From: Candidatus Poseidoniaceae archaeon
GTDB taxonomy: Archaea > Thermoplasmatota > Poseidoniia > Poseidoniales > Poseidoniaceae
Assembly: GCA_029250305.1 (NCBI GenBank)
Contig: JAQXFM010000293.1
Coordinates: 1 to 42,101 of the forward strand
DNA: 42,101 nucleotides
Direction: 5' to 3'
Shown here: one piece after another, positions 32,164 to 40,757 of the stretch
Position numbering within the stretch: the first letter of the stretch is position 1
How the letters are laid out: the number at the start of each line of letters is the position of its first letter
The notes under the pieces: model-generated
What the model was told of the DNA's origin: nothing
What the model saw: the letters and a program-made list of their open reading frames with translations, nothing else
Databases searched by the model: none
Position numbers and translations under genes: made by a program

Positions 32164-32961
32164 ATGGCTGACCCGTTGGTTTGTGTGTCCCTTGAAGGTA
32201 CGACTGTGAAAGAAATGCTCGATGAAGCAGCTCGCGCTGGCATTGCTGGTGCGGACATGATTGAAGTTCGATTTGATCGATTGTACCTGAGCCGACCTGA
32301 GCCAACCGTCACAGAAAACGAGGAAGGCGAAATCACGAAGACCATGCCACCTGCAAACGAATGGCCCGTTCGTGACTTTACCGACATCGACGTTGGAGCA
32401 TCCATTACCGCACTCAAGGAAGGCATCGCCCTCCCAGTCATCTTCGCTGTTCGACCCGTCCGTGAAGGCGGCCATTTCTCTGGCGACGAAGCCCAACGAC
32501 TCGACGTCCTTCAACAAGGAATCGACTCCGCATCGACATGGATTGACCTCGAAGTCTCCATTGAAGACGACAAGCGAGCAAGTCTCATGAAAGCAGCAAA
32601 GAAAGCATCTTGCAAAATCATTGCATCCATCCACGACACGGACAGCACCCCGAGTGCAGAAGAAATTCAAAACCTCATCACCACAAATGCTGAGATGGGT
32701 GACATTGTCAAGTTCTGCGGAACTGTCAACGATCACCAAGACGCCCTCCAAATCGTCGAAGCAACCCATGCCATGGCCACTGAGAAGGTCGACTTCGCTG
32801 CAATGGCACTGGGCAACGGTGGGGACTGGGCGCGCTTGCACGCACCGGTCTTGAACCAAGCACTTGTCTACGCCACCATGCGAAACGAGTTCCGACTCTC
32901 AGACAAGGGACTTGTGAACGTCCGTGACCTCAAAGAGGCATGGAACCTTCTCGAATACTGA
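32164..32961 (+). CDS. aroD: type I 3-dehydroquinate dehydratase
   Basis: ADMIEVRFD, PVIFAVRPVREGG, IDLE, IIASIHD, DIVKF (Schiff-base Lys), AMALG..WAR. Confidence 0.9.
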   Translation: MADPLVCVSLEGTTVKEMLDEAARAGIAGADMIEVRFDRLYLSRPEPTVTENEEGEITKTMPPANEWPVRDFTDIDVGASITALKEGIALPVIFAVRPVREGGHFSGDEAQRLDVLQQGIDSASTWIDLEVSIEDDKRASLMKAAKKASCKIIASIHDTDSTPSAEEIQNLITTNAEMGDIVKFCGTVNDHQDALQIVEATHAMATEKVDFAAMALGNGGDWARLHAPVLNQALVYATMRNEFRLSDKGLVNVRDLKEAWNLLEY

Positions 32962-32966
32962 TTCGC

Positions 32967-34226
32967 TCACACTTCAAACGGATCGTCGTATGACTTTTCC
33001 GCAGGCTCAGGCACCGTTACAACTGCTGGCGCTTGGACACTTTGTTCCAAAGGAAGAACTGCAGATGGCAGAACTTGTGCCGGCATTGAGAGTTGTTGCG
33101 GCGGAGGAATTTGCCCCGGCATCGAGAGCTGTTGTGGCGGTGGAAGTGGAGCAAGTGATGAATCAATCGGCATGGGCGGCATTGGCATCTGCCCTCCAAA
33201 TTGAGGGAGATCAGCAGGTCGCTCGAGAGAAGGAACCAATCCCTCAGTAGCGTCTTTTGGAGCAAGCCCAGCCCGCATGTACTTCGCATTTAGAATGAAA
33301 GGAGCAACCAAGCCTGCCAGAATGATCACCATGAACGTGAGGGCGACTGTGAAAGGTGGCAAGATCAGGGAACGCGTGGTTGTAATGATGGTAACATCTG
33401 CAGCAACAGTGACACCAGGTGCATCTGCATCAGCGTCGTGAATGTTATCCCATGCATCAATTACAAGGTAAAAGTCTTGCCAATCTGCCCCACCCCATAG
33501 TGGCGTGTAGACTTCGGCTTTGTCGAGGTTGAGGGCGAAATTAACCGAACTGACTTGCTCATATTCGTGGGCATCACGGTATGACTTCCAACCGAGCGGA
33601 TTCCAACTCCGCCATTCTGGAGGGATGTCACTCAATGATTCTTCCAAATCACCTTCATAGCACCACCATGCCATATCTTGGCCACAATCGTAGGAATCCT
33701 TGTACGACTCGTACTCTGTCGTGGTGAGCAAGTAAACATCTCCTTTGACTGGATTGGAATCTGCATCTTGCAATGTCACACAAATGGTGGTCCGTTGGGT
33801 TGCAGAGAGGTTCAACCGGAGCGCTCCGACGCTGTTATTGCCAATCAGCATCGTTGTATAATGGCTGGTTTCAAGTGGGTCAAGGGTCGGAAGATTCCAT
33901 GAATTTTGCTGATACATCCAAGGTTCTTCAGGAGCCTCAGACGTTGGTTGGATGTCGTTTGGCCGATTGGGCGGTTCTTCATCATCCTCGTAATACTCCT
34001 CGTCGTAATACTCATCCTCATAATAGCCGTAATATGGATCGTAGTTCCTTGACCAATGGGGCACCATGGCCATGCGTTGCATTGTTTGGTTCCATTCGAT
34101 GGCTTGTGTGTCACCCTGGCAAGCATCTGCCGCTTGGGCTGGCGCAACAAGGGGAGAAGAGAATGCCACAGAAAGCAGTGGCATCATCATGATGAAAACC
34201 AAGGAGAAGACAACTGAATTTCGCAT
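32967..34226 (-). CDS. hypothetical exported protein with C-terminal TM and Pro/Gln-rich cytoplasmic tail
   Basis: Signal peptide MRNSVVFSL..AQA, Tyr/Asp/Glu-rich stretch, beta-rich domain, TM near the C-terminus. Confidence 0.72.
   Translation of the reverse strand: MRNSVVFSLVFIMMMPLLSVAFSSPLVAPAQAADACQGDTQAIEWNQTMQRMAMVPHWSRNYDPYYGYYEDEYYDEEYYEDDEEPPNRPNDIQPTSEAPEEPWMYQQNSWNLPTLDPLETSHYTTMLIGNNSVGALRLNLSATQRTTICVTLQDADSNPVKGDVYLLTTTEYESYKDSYDCGQDMAWWCYEGDLEESLSDIPPEWRSWNPLGWKSYRDAHEYEQVSSVNFALNLDKAEVYTPLWGGADWQDFYLVIDAWDNIHDADADAPGVTVAADVTIITTTRSLILPPFTVALTFMVIILAGLVAPFILNAKYMRAGLAPKDATEGLVPSLERPADLPQFGGQMPMPPMPIDSSLAPLPPPQQLSMPGQIPPPQQLSMPAQVLPSAVLPLEQSVQAPAVVTVPEPAEKSYDDPFEV
33080..33145. 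repeat. two imperfect 36-bp tandem repeats encoding PPPQQLSMP
   Basis: ccggcattgagagttgttgcggcggaggaa at 33080 and ccggcatcgagagctgttgtggcggtggaa at 33116. Confidence 0.8.
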
Positions 34227-34279
34227 GCTCGTCGCCCCCTTGATATGACGCTGAGCTTGGAGGTTCAAGGTAGTAGCGG

Positions 34280-37200
34280 TCAACCTCGCCTTCGGAGCGG
34301 TCGAACGTACCCACTGTCGTCACTTCTGCGCTCATCCTTGGACAGAATGCCCGGAGCGGGCGGCGGCGTGTGATGATCCATGCCGAGCAAGCCACCTTGG
34401 CTTTCAACGACTTCAACATCGGCGTAGGATTCTGCTGCTTGCTTCGCTTCATCTTCGAGATCGGATGGCTCGCGCATTACGAGGTAGCCGAGAATAAGGG
34501 CCACACCAATCAGAGCGACGAAGGTTGCAAGGTCAGAACCGGCCTCTGTAAGCCAGCTCTTCCAATCATCAACGCTGAAATCTGACAGTGAAGGTGCAGC
34601 CGTCGGCGGCGTACTGACCTCAATGTCTTGGACCATTTCGGCGCACATGCCCAATCCATCACAGACCTGTAACATGAGGGTGTAAGCACCAGGATTCTCG
34701 TAGGTTGCCGAGACACGAGTTGCAGAACCAGAAAGCGGATCAACCCAATCATCGGCTGGATCTCCATTTCCATTTTCGTCAACTTCGATGTCCAAGTCCC
34801 ATCGGACAACAAGGTCTGGATTCAGTGATTCATCTCGATCGGAAATGGAACCATCGTCAACGTTGGTGTCACGGTACAGTGCAATACCAAGGTCCACCTC
34901 CAAATCGGAAACATTTGCTCCAAAGGCGTTTGAATCGCCGGAGAACAACTCATCAGGAATCAGAAGGTTGTGGATGACTGGTGGATGATCGACAAGAACA
35001 GTGAATGTTTCACGGCTGACATCGCCCGTTCCGAATGCGTCCCGAACGGTGAGCGTCACTGTGTATTCACCGGGGATGGTGTACGCATGCCATGGAGAAG
35101 GGTCGGAGTTGATTGGTGTCCCATCGCCAAAGTCCCATGTATACTGAACCAATCCATTCCACTCAGGCGACGCTGCTTCAAGCGGGATGTATTTTCCTTC
35201 AAACATACGGTCGCCGTCACGGGTGCCATCAGAATCGAAGTAGAGCAGGGTGTGAGGAGCGGCGTATGAGTCGCCCGCTTCGTTGAATGTTCTCGACCAC
35301 ATATCGGGCATTGTGCCCTCTTCGAAGGCCGTTGTGTCTGTCACAAGAGCCCCGTCAATCCAAGCGTCAAGGATACGAACGGAAATGATTGGCAACGGGT
35401 TGGCCATTTCGATGGTCATGATCCGAGGGCTGCTGGCTTCACCTGCTTCATCGAACACGACAAGGGTTGCGCTGTGCATTCCCGGTTCGGTGAAGGTGTG
35501 CGTCACCTGTGGGCGGTCTCCGAACGTACCGTCTGAAAACGACCAGTTGAACGTAAGATCTGATGAGTCACCAATCGTACCATCTGGGTCGAAGGAATCT
35601 CGACCATCAAACGTGTAAGGTGTGTCGACTTGGCCTTCTTCGACTCGGAAATCAACGGTCGAGGAACCTGTTGTTGCAGTCGTCCGAACGATGAAATCAC
35701 TCACTGGCAATTGGTTGTGAACCATGACGCTCAATGTTGTCGAAACTTGACTGCCATCATCGTCAGTCACCAAGAGACCAACAGATTTGAGCCCCGGTGT
35801 GTCCCATGCAGGCATCGGATTGGCGCTGTTCGAGGTGGTTGATGTGAAATCATCCGTTCGGTCACTGATGCCACCCTCGAGATTGACGCCTTCTGGGAAG
35901 GACCACTCGTAAGCAACGATTGTACCATCGTCATCAGCGAAGATGTCTGGCATGACAATCGCCGTGTAGGTGTATGTCGAGAGGTTATCGGAGAAGATTT
36001 GGAAAGGAATTCTGTTGTTGACAGTGACAGTGATTTCTTTGATGCCGGTGTTGATCCCATCCGATACGGTCAACGTGAGGTTGTAACTGACTTGCGTGCC
36101 AGAAATATCGCCCCATTCGTGGGCATATTCGTACGCACCGACACCCGAGTCAACCGTTCCATCGCCCCAATCCCAAGAATAGTCTAATTGAGCAGTTGGC
36201 ACATTGTCAACGGTTCGAGCCGCTGAGAAAAGGATGAGCTGATTGGTAAGAATGTTGATTTCATTCTCAATCACGATGTTGTTGACGGTGATGATTGGCA
36301 ACGGAGGCGTAGAATCGCTTACGTTAATCTGCAACACGGATGTCTCAGACCAGGTGTTTCCTTGGTCCATCACCCGCAGTGTCACATTGTAGAGACCGGT
36401 GTCTTCGTAGGCCCTGAGCGGGGACTTCAGGCCCGAAGTGGTGTTGTCACCAAAATCCCAGGCATAGGCGATTGGAGCATCGAGGTATGGGAGGGAGTTG
36501 TTATCGAGCGATAAGCCCCAAGCATCGAACCCGTCACCTGCGAATTGAACATTCTCCCATGTTTGAGTGGCGTTGGGATCAAGCGTACCATTGGCGGTTG
36601 GTTTCATGTTGTTGAGAACCTGTGGTGCGGTCGTGATGCTGTCAACGGTGGTGCCAATCATGTCAACCATTTGCATCTTGAATGTGTATTGTCCGTTCAG
36701 TGGAGCGGTGAACCAAAAGGATTCGTTTGTAGCAACACCGCCGCCAGCAGCCACACGCTTTGTGAGGCGATCGACTTCGACACCTGAGGCATCAAGCACC
36801 TGCATGGTCACATCAAGATCTTCAAAGAAAGCATTTGAGAAGACTTCGTAATCGATTCGGGCGGTGTCCGGGGAACCATCGCCATCACGGTCGATTTGTG
36901 CATCGGTTGCGGTGAGGGTCAGGCTTGCCGGCGAAGTGATTCGTGCCGCTTCGATGTCCACGGTGCCTTGTGGGTAGGATGAACCACACGATGTGTAATC
37001 ACAATCCGCAACGGTGCTTGCGTACCAGGTGATGGCCCAAACTTCGTTTGTGAGGTTACCAAAACCAGGAACGAGGGCTGTTGCTACGTTGTTCTGGAAG
37101 TTCAGGTCGGTCACCGACCAAAGTCCATCAGCTGTCGACTGACTCACGACAACCCCGTCAAATTGACTCACATCAGCGGTCAAGCGCATGGTGAGCGGCG

Positions 37201-38512
37201 CAGGAGAGGCACTGCCAGGAGTGAACTTGAAGGCTCGAATACCCCATCCTTCGACGGAATGACCGGTCGAAGACCATGGTCCAGCCCAATCGCTGTTTGT
37301 ATCTGCAGGCTGCACCCGACAGAATGAACCGCTTGAGCAGGTAGGGGTAAGATCCAGATTGGAGAACCCATAGATCCCTTGTGGAGAGTCAAGCACGGCT
37401 GCGATTGAGAAATTCGCAAAGATTTCACCCATCGTGCGTCCAAGCATACCGCTTTGACCGCTCACTGGTGAAAGGGCGAGGTTTTCAACACTCAACCCGC
37501 CTGTGGCAGAATCTTGGACCAGTTGGCGCACTGCTGGCCCACCGCCGAGATGATCAGCAAGGTACATCGTGAAAATGAATCCAGCGCCGTAGTCTGCGAA
37601 TCGTTGGTTCCACCATCGAACAGAGAGTTCTGAAGAGGCCGTCCACTGGTTGAGATGGGAAACAAGAGTGGAATCTGCACCAAAGCAAAGGTAAATTGCG
37701 ACGTCTGCATTTCCTTCATCAATCCAGAGGTTTTCGTAAGGATCCTGTGCATTGTGGAGCAGGTGTTCCATTTCGTGGGCAAGAATGGACTTACCCCAAG
37801 AAAGTGTGATGTCTGCATAGTCGACGTACACAGCCTCACGGGCGGTCGCCAATGAAGGTGCGAAGTAACCCCCGATGTTGTAGGCTCCATCAATGTCGTA
37901 AATGACGATTTGAACCTGACAGTTGTTATCGACATCGGGCGGAGCAAGGCCACGACCGTCCGAGTAATCTTTTCCATAATAGGTCGTCATTGTCGGGTAG
38001 ATGGTGCTGTCCCACGATGACGCAAGATTGTTCAAAACGGTGGAAGAAAGCGTCCGTCCGCTCTGCACCAAGAAGGCAACGGTGTTGGTGGTTTTAGCCA
38101 CATAGACATCGATTGAGCCACCCGAAGTTGGCACTGTGAGTTGGTCGTTGACAACATGCGGGTTGCATGCACGGCCGGCAGCCCTGGCCGATGTTTGAGG
38201 GGCGATGACCATCTCTTCAGCACCTGGCCGGCCTTCTTCGATCCAAGCATTCTTCAAGAACGAAAAAGCGGAAACGACTGGCATTTCTTCTTCGATCATG
38301 ATGTATTCTCGGCCCTCTGACGGGTCGAAATCAGCAATATCTCCAATCACTGAGCCGCCCGCGCTGTAGGCTTCAATCTCTTCGGAATCGGGTGACGCAG
38401 CGGCTGCTGGCGCCAGAATTGGCACAAACGCAGCTGCGAATAAAATGGTCACGAGGAAGAAGGCGGATGTAGAGCGCGGTTCCGACATTGATGACACCTC
38501 AGGCATTCGCAT
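34280..38512 (-). CDS. large membrane-anchored zinc metallopeptidase (M30/M6-like) with multiple PKD domains
   Basis: Signal peptide; GGYF..ILAHEMEHLLH..WIDEGNAD gluzincin-type motif; about 5-6 PKD-like W-D-F-G-D repeats; DxDxDG loops; C-terminal TM. The exact start (38512/38506/38488) is uncertain. Confidence 0.85.
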   Translation of the reverse strand: MRMPEVSSMSEPRSTSAFFLVTILFAAAFVPILAPAAAASPDSEEIEAYSAGGSVIGDIADFDPSEGREYIMIEEEMPVVSAFSFLKNAWIEEGRPGAEEMVIAPQTSARAAGRACNPHVVNDQLTVPTSGGSIDVYVAKTTNTVAFLVQSGRTLSSTVLNNLASSWDSTIYPTMTTYYGKDYSDGRGLAPPDVDNNCQVQIVIYDIDGAYNIGGYFAPSLATAREAVYVDYADITLSWGKSILAHEMEHLLHNAQDPYENLWIDEGNADVAIYLCFGADSTLVSHLNQWTASSELSVRWWNQRFADYGAGFIFTMYLADHLGGGPAVRQLVQDSATGGLSVENLALSPVSGQSGMLGRTMGEIFANFSIAAVLDSPQGIYGFSNLDLTPTCSSGSFCRVQPADTNSDWAGPWSSTGHSVEGWGIRAFKFTPGSASPAPLTMRLTADVSQFDGVVVSQSTADGLWSVTDLNFQNNVATALVPGFGNLTNEVWAITWYASTVADCDYTSCGSSYPQGTVDIEAARITSPASLTLTATDAQIDRDGDGSPDTARIDYEVFSNAFFEDLDVTMQVLDASGVEVDRLTKRVAAGGGVATNESFWFTAPLNGQYTFKMQMVDMIGTTVDSITTAPQVLNNMKPTANGTLDPNATQTWENVQFAGDGFDAWGLSLDNNSLPYLDAPIAYAWDFGDNTTSGLKSPLRAYEDTGLYNVTLRVMDQGNTWSETSVLQINVSDSTPPLPIITVNNIVIENEINILTNQLILFSAARTVDNVPTAQLDYSWDWGDGTVDSGVGAYEYAHEWGDISGTQVSYNLTLTVSDGINTGIKEITVTVNNRIPFQIFSDNLSTYTYTAIVMPDIFADDDGTIVAYEWSFPEGVNLEGGISDRTDDFTSTTSNSANPMPAWDTPGLKSVGLLVTDDDGSQVSTTLSVMVHNQLPVSDFIVRTTATTGSSTVDFRVEEGQVDTPYTFDGRDSFDPDGTIGDSSDLTFNWSFSDGTFGDRPQVTHTFTEPGMHSATLVVFDEAGEASSPRIMTIEMANPLPIISVRILDAWIDGALVTDTTAFEEGTMPDMWSRTFNEAGDSYAAPHTLLYFDSDGTRDGDRMFEGKYIPLEAASPEWNGLVQYTWDFGDGTPINSDPSPWHAYTIPGEYTVTLTVRDAFGTGDVSRETFTVLVDHPPVIHNLLIPDELFSGDSNAFGANVSDLEVDLGIALYRDTNVDDGSISDRDESLNPDLVVRWDLDIEVDENGNGDPADDWVDPLSGSATRVSATYENPGAYTLMLQVCDGLGMCAEMVQDIEVSTPPTAAPSLSDFSVDDWKSWLTEAGSDLATFVALIGVALILGYLVMREPSDLEDEAKQAAESYADVEVVESQGGLLGMDHHTPPPAPGILSKDERRSDDSGYVRPLRRRG

Positions 38513-38576
38513 TACTGCTTAACAACTGCACGACTTGAAATGAGGTATTTAAGACTGGGTCTATGAGGCTTCACAC

Positions 38577-39806
38577 ATGCTCACGCGAGACCGGGCGGTT
38601 TCACCCCCCTCTAACAAGGCCACAGCAGCGATTATTCTCTCTGCTTTTCTTGTCCTTTCCTGTGCAAGCCTCGCTCAAGCCCAAACCATCTCCGCACCAT
38701 ACAGCGCCGTTCTACCTTGTGACTTTGTCGAATCGCTGGAATTTAACGGCACGAACGCCAATGCCTCCATCACAGAGCAAGTTGAACTTGGCCCACGGAC
38801 GACGGGATCAAACGGAAGCGCCGCCCTTCGCACCATCATTCACGCTCAACTTCCCCAGTGGGATGTAACAAACAACACCTACACAGAAGACAACATCACG
38901 TTCACGAATGTCGTCGCTACATTTGCCCCCGAAGGAACCAATGAGTCCACCCCCCGTGTTGTGCTCGTTGCCCACTATGACTCAAGGGATGTTGCTGAGC
39001 GAGACCCAGATGTCAATCGGACGATGGATCCGATCCCCGGAGCGAATGATGCTGCAAGTGGTGTTGCTGTTCTCCTCGAACTCGGCCGAATTATTCCTTT
39101 CATGAACCTTGGTTATGAAGTCGAATTGTTGTTTACAGATGCTGAAGATCAGAACTACTCATCAGGTTCGTTGTACGGAGCGAAGGCATGGGTGAATGCT
39201 CAATCTGACGAACAAGTCAACCGAACCACCGCCTTTGTGGTGGTTGATATGGTCGGAGATGAGTTCCTGCAATTGACTCACGTCTACCCAGGTGACGTAG
39301 CACTCTGGACAACAATCGCACCATTGGCATCCGCCCTTGGACTCATGGACACAAAGGAAGACTGCAACGGCAACCTCGGACGTGACATCGTGAACCTATC
39401 CATCAGCACCGGCGTCATCGACGACCATGTGCCAGCCCTCAACAGGGGCATCCATGCCATTGACCTCATCGACATCCGATTTGGCGAGGGGGCTGAACCG
39501 TTCGAGGGATATTGGCACACGCACGAAGACACCCCTGACAAGGTCCGGGCTGAATCGCTCCGGGACGTTGGCTTGCTGGTTGAACTCGGCCTGCGATCGG
39601 AGGCTTGGATTTACGACTTCCAGTCGCTCGAGGAACCTGAAGATGATTCGACCCAACTTGATGACAATGAGCAAGATTTGAATAAAGAAGAAATGGAAGT
39701 AGAGCGATACACAGGACTTGGCGTTACAGCGCTTATTGGCGTCCTTGGAGCAATGGTCTTGATGGTCGTGCTTTCGCTTTCTGTGAATTTGAAACGTGAA
39801 CAATAA
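38577..39806 (+). CDS. M28 family peptidase (glutaminyl-cyclase-like) with C-terminal membrane anchor
   Basis: VAHYDSR, GANDAASG, DAED, DMVG, DDHVP, WHT.EDT; signal peptide and C-terminal TM. Confidence 0.88.
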   Translation: MLTRDRAVSPPSNKATAAIILSAFLVLSCASLAQAQTISAPYSAVLPCDFVESLEFNGTNANASITEQVELGPRTTGSNGSAALRTIIHAQLPQWDVTNNTYTEDNITFTNVVATFAPEGTNESTPRVVLVAHYDSRDVAERDPDVNRTMDPIPGANDAASGVAVLLELGRIIPFMNLGYEVELLFTDAEDQNYSSGSLYGAKAWVNAQSDEQVNRTTAFVVVDMVGDEFLQLTHVYPGDVALWTTIAPLASALGLMDTKEDCNGNLGRDIVNLSISTGVIDDHVPALNRGIHAIDLIDIRFGEGAEPFEGYWHTHEDTPDKVRAESLRDVGLLVELGLRSEAWIYDFQSLEEPEDDSTQLDDNEQDLNKEEMEVERYTGLGVTALIGVLGAMVLMVVLSLSVNLKREQ

Positions 39807-39875
39807 AGCGCGGACACGAAGGGAAAGGCGTATTATCCGCGCACGCACCGAGTTCAATACAGCGGGGGGGTGACG

Positions 39876-40757
39876 ATGGCGGAAGATTCTGAATTCGACG
39901 AACGCCGGGAAGCCTTGAAAGCCCGCGTCCAAGCCCAAATCGAGGCTTCGAAAATGGCCAAACTGGAACGCCAACAAAGCGCTGCAGAAGAACTCGTGGT
40001 CGATGAATCCGATCTTAATGCTGCCATCCAGGAAGCCAACGATGAATTCAACGAACAAATGGCGTCGATGGACAGAGCAAATGCTTCGCAACTCCGAACC
40101 CTCGCAGCATCACTGATCCTCGTGGGCAGCATTTTGGGAATGGCATCCGGGGGATTGATTCTCCAAGGAAACCCTGCGGACCTCATCAACGCATTCAGTG
40201 TGCTTGGCAGCGATGAAGCAGTCGATGTTTCAGGCATTGCCCTCGAACCAGACGGCACCGCTGTCTCGGGGGTCGAAGTGGAGTTGATGAGCAAAGATAC
40301 GGGTGAAGTCATCGGCGCCACCACAACTGATGCGAACGGGTATTTTTGGTTCAAATCAATCGATATCGGCGAGTTACAACTCACCTATACCCTCGACGGT
40401 TACACCACTGTCGAACGAATCTTCATCCCCGACGGAGCCCAAGTTAACCCTGCAACCATGCGCGAAGGCACAGGGACAGTGGTCGAAAACGAAATCGTCG
40501 AAAGAGATGGTTGGAATGCTGAAAGTGCTGTTGCATTGTCAACCGCAGTTGGTGTCTTGACAGTTCTCACGGGGCTGGTTGGCGTCCAAGCGGCTGTCGA
40601 AGCTCGGAGGGCAAAACGCTACAGGCGAACACAATACCTCGCAGGACTTGCGTTGTTCAGTCGAGGTTTGATTCTGTTTGGACCAGCGCTTATTCTCGCA
40701 GGCATGATCTTGCTGATGAAATCACGTGACCAATTTTCAGATATTGGCGGTGAGTGA
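39876..40757 (+). CDS. membrane protein with carboxypeptidase-regulatory-like (CarboxypepD_reg) beta-sandwich
   Basis: VSG..DGTAVSGVEV..TTDANGYF..G..L..DGY, an N-terminal coiled coil and 3-4 TMs. Confidence 0.75.
   Translation: MAEDSEFDERREALKARVQAQIEASKMAKLERQQSAAEELVVDESDLNAAIQEANDEFNEQMASMDRANASQLRTLAASLILVGSILGMASGGLILQGNPADLINAFSVLGSDEAVDVSGIALEPDGTAVSGVEVELMSKDTGEVIGATTTDANGYFWFKSIDIGELQLTYTLDGYTTVERIFIPDGAQVNPATMREGTGTVVENEIVERDGWNAESAVALSTAVGVLTVLTGLVGVQAAVEARRAKRYRRTQYLAGLALFSRGLILFGPALILAGMILLMKSRDQFSDIGGE

Noticed and set aside
33080..33145. 36-bp repeat as a possible CRISPR array
   Set aside because: Only two directly adjacent copies with no spacer, in frame within a CDS, and no cas genes.
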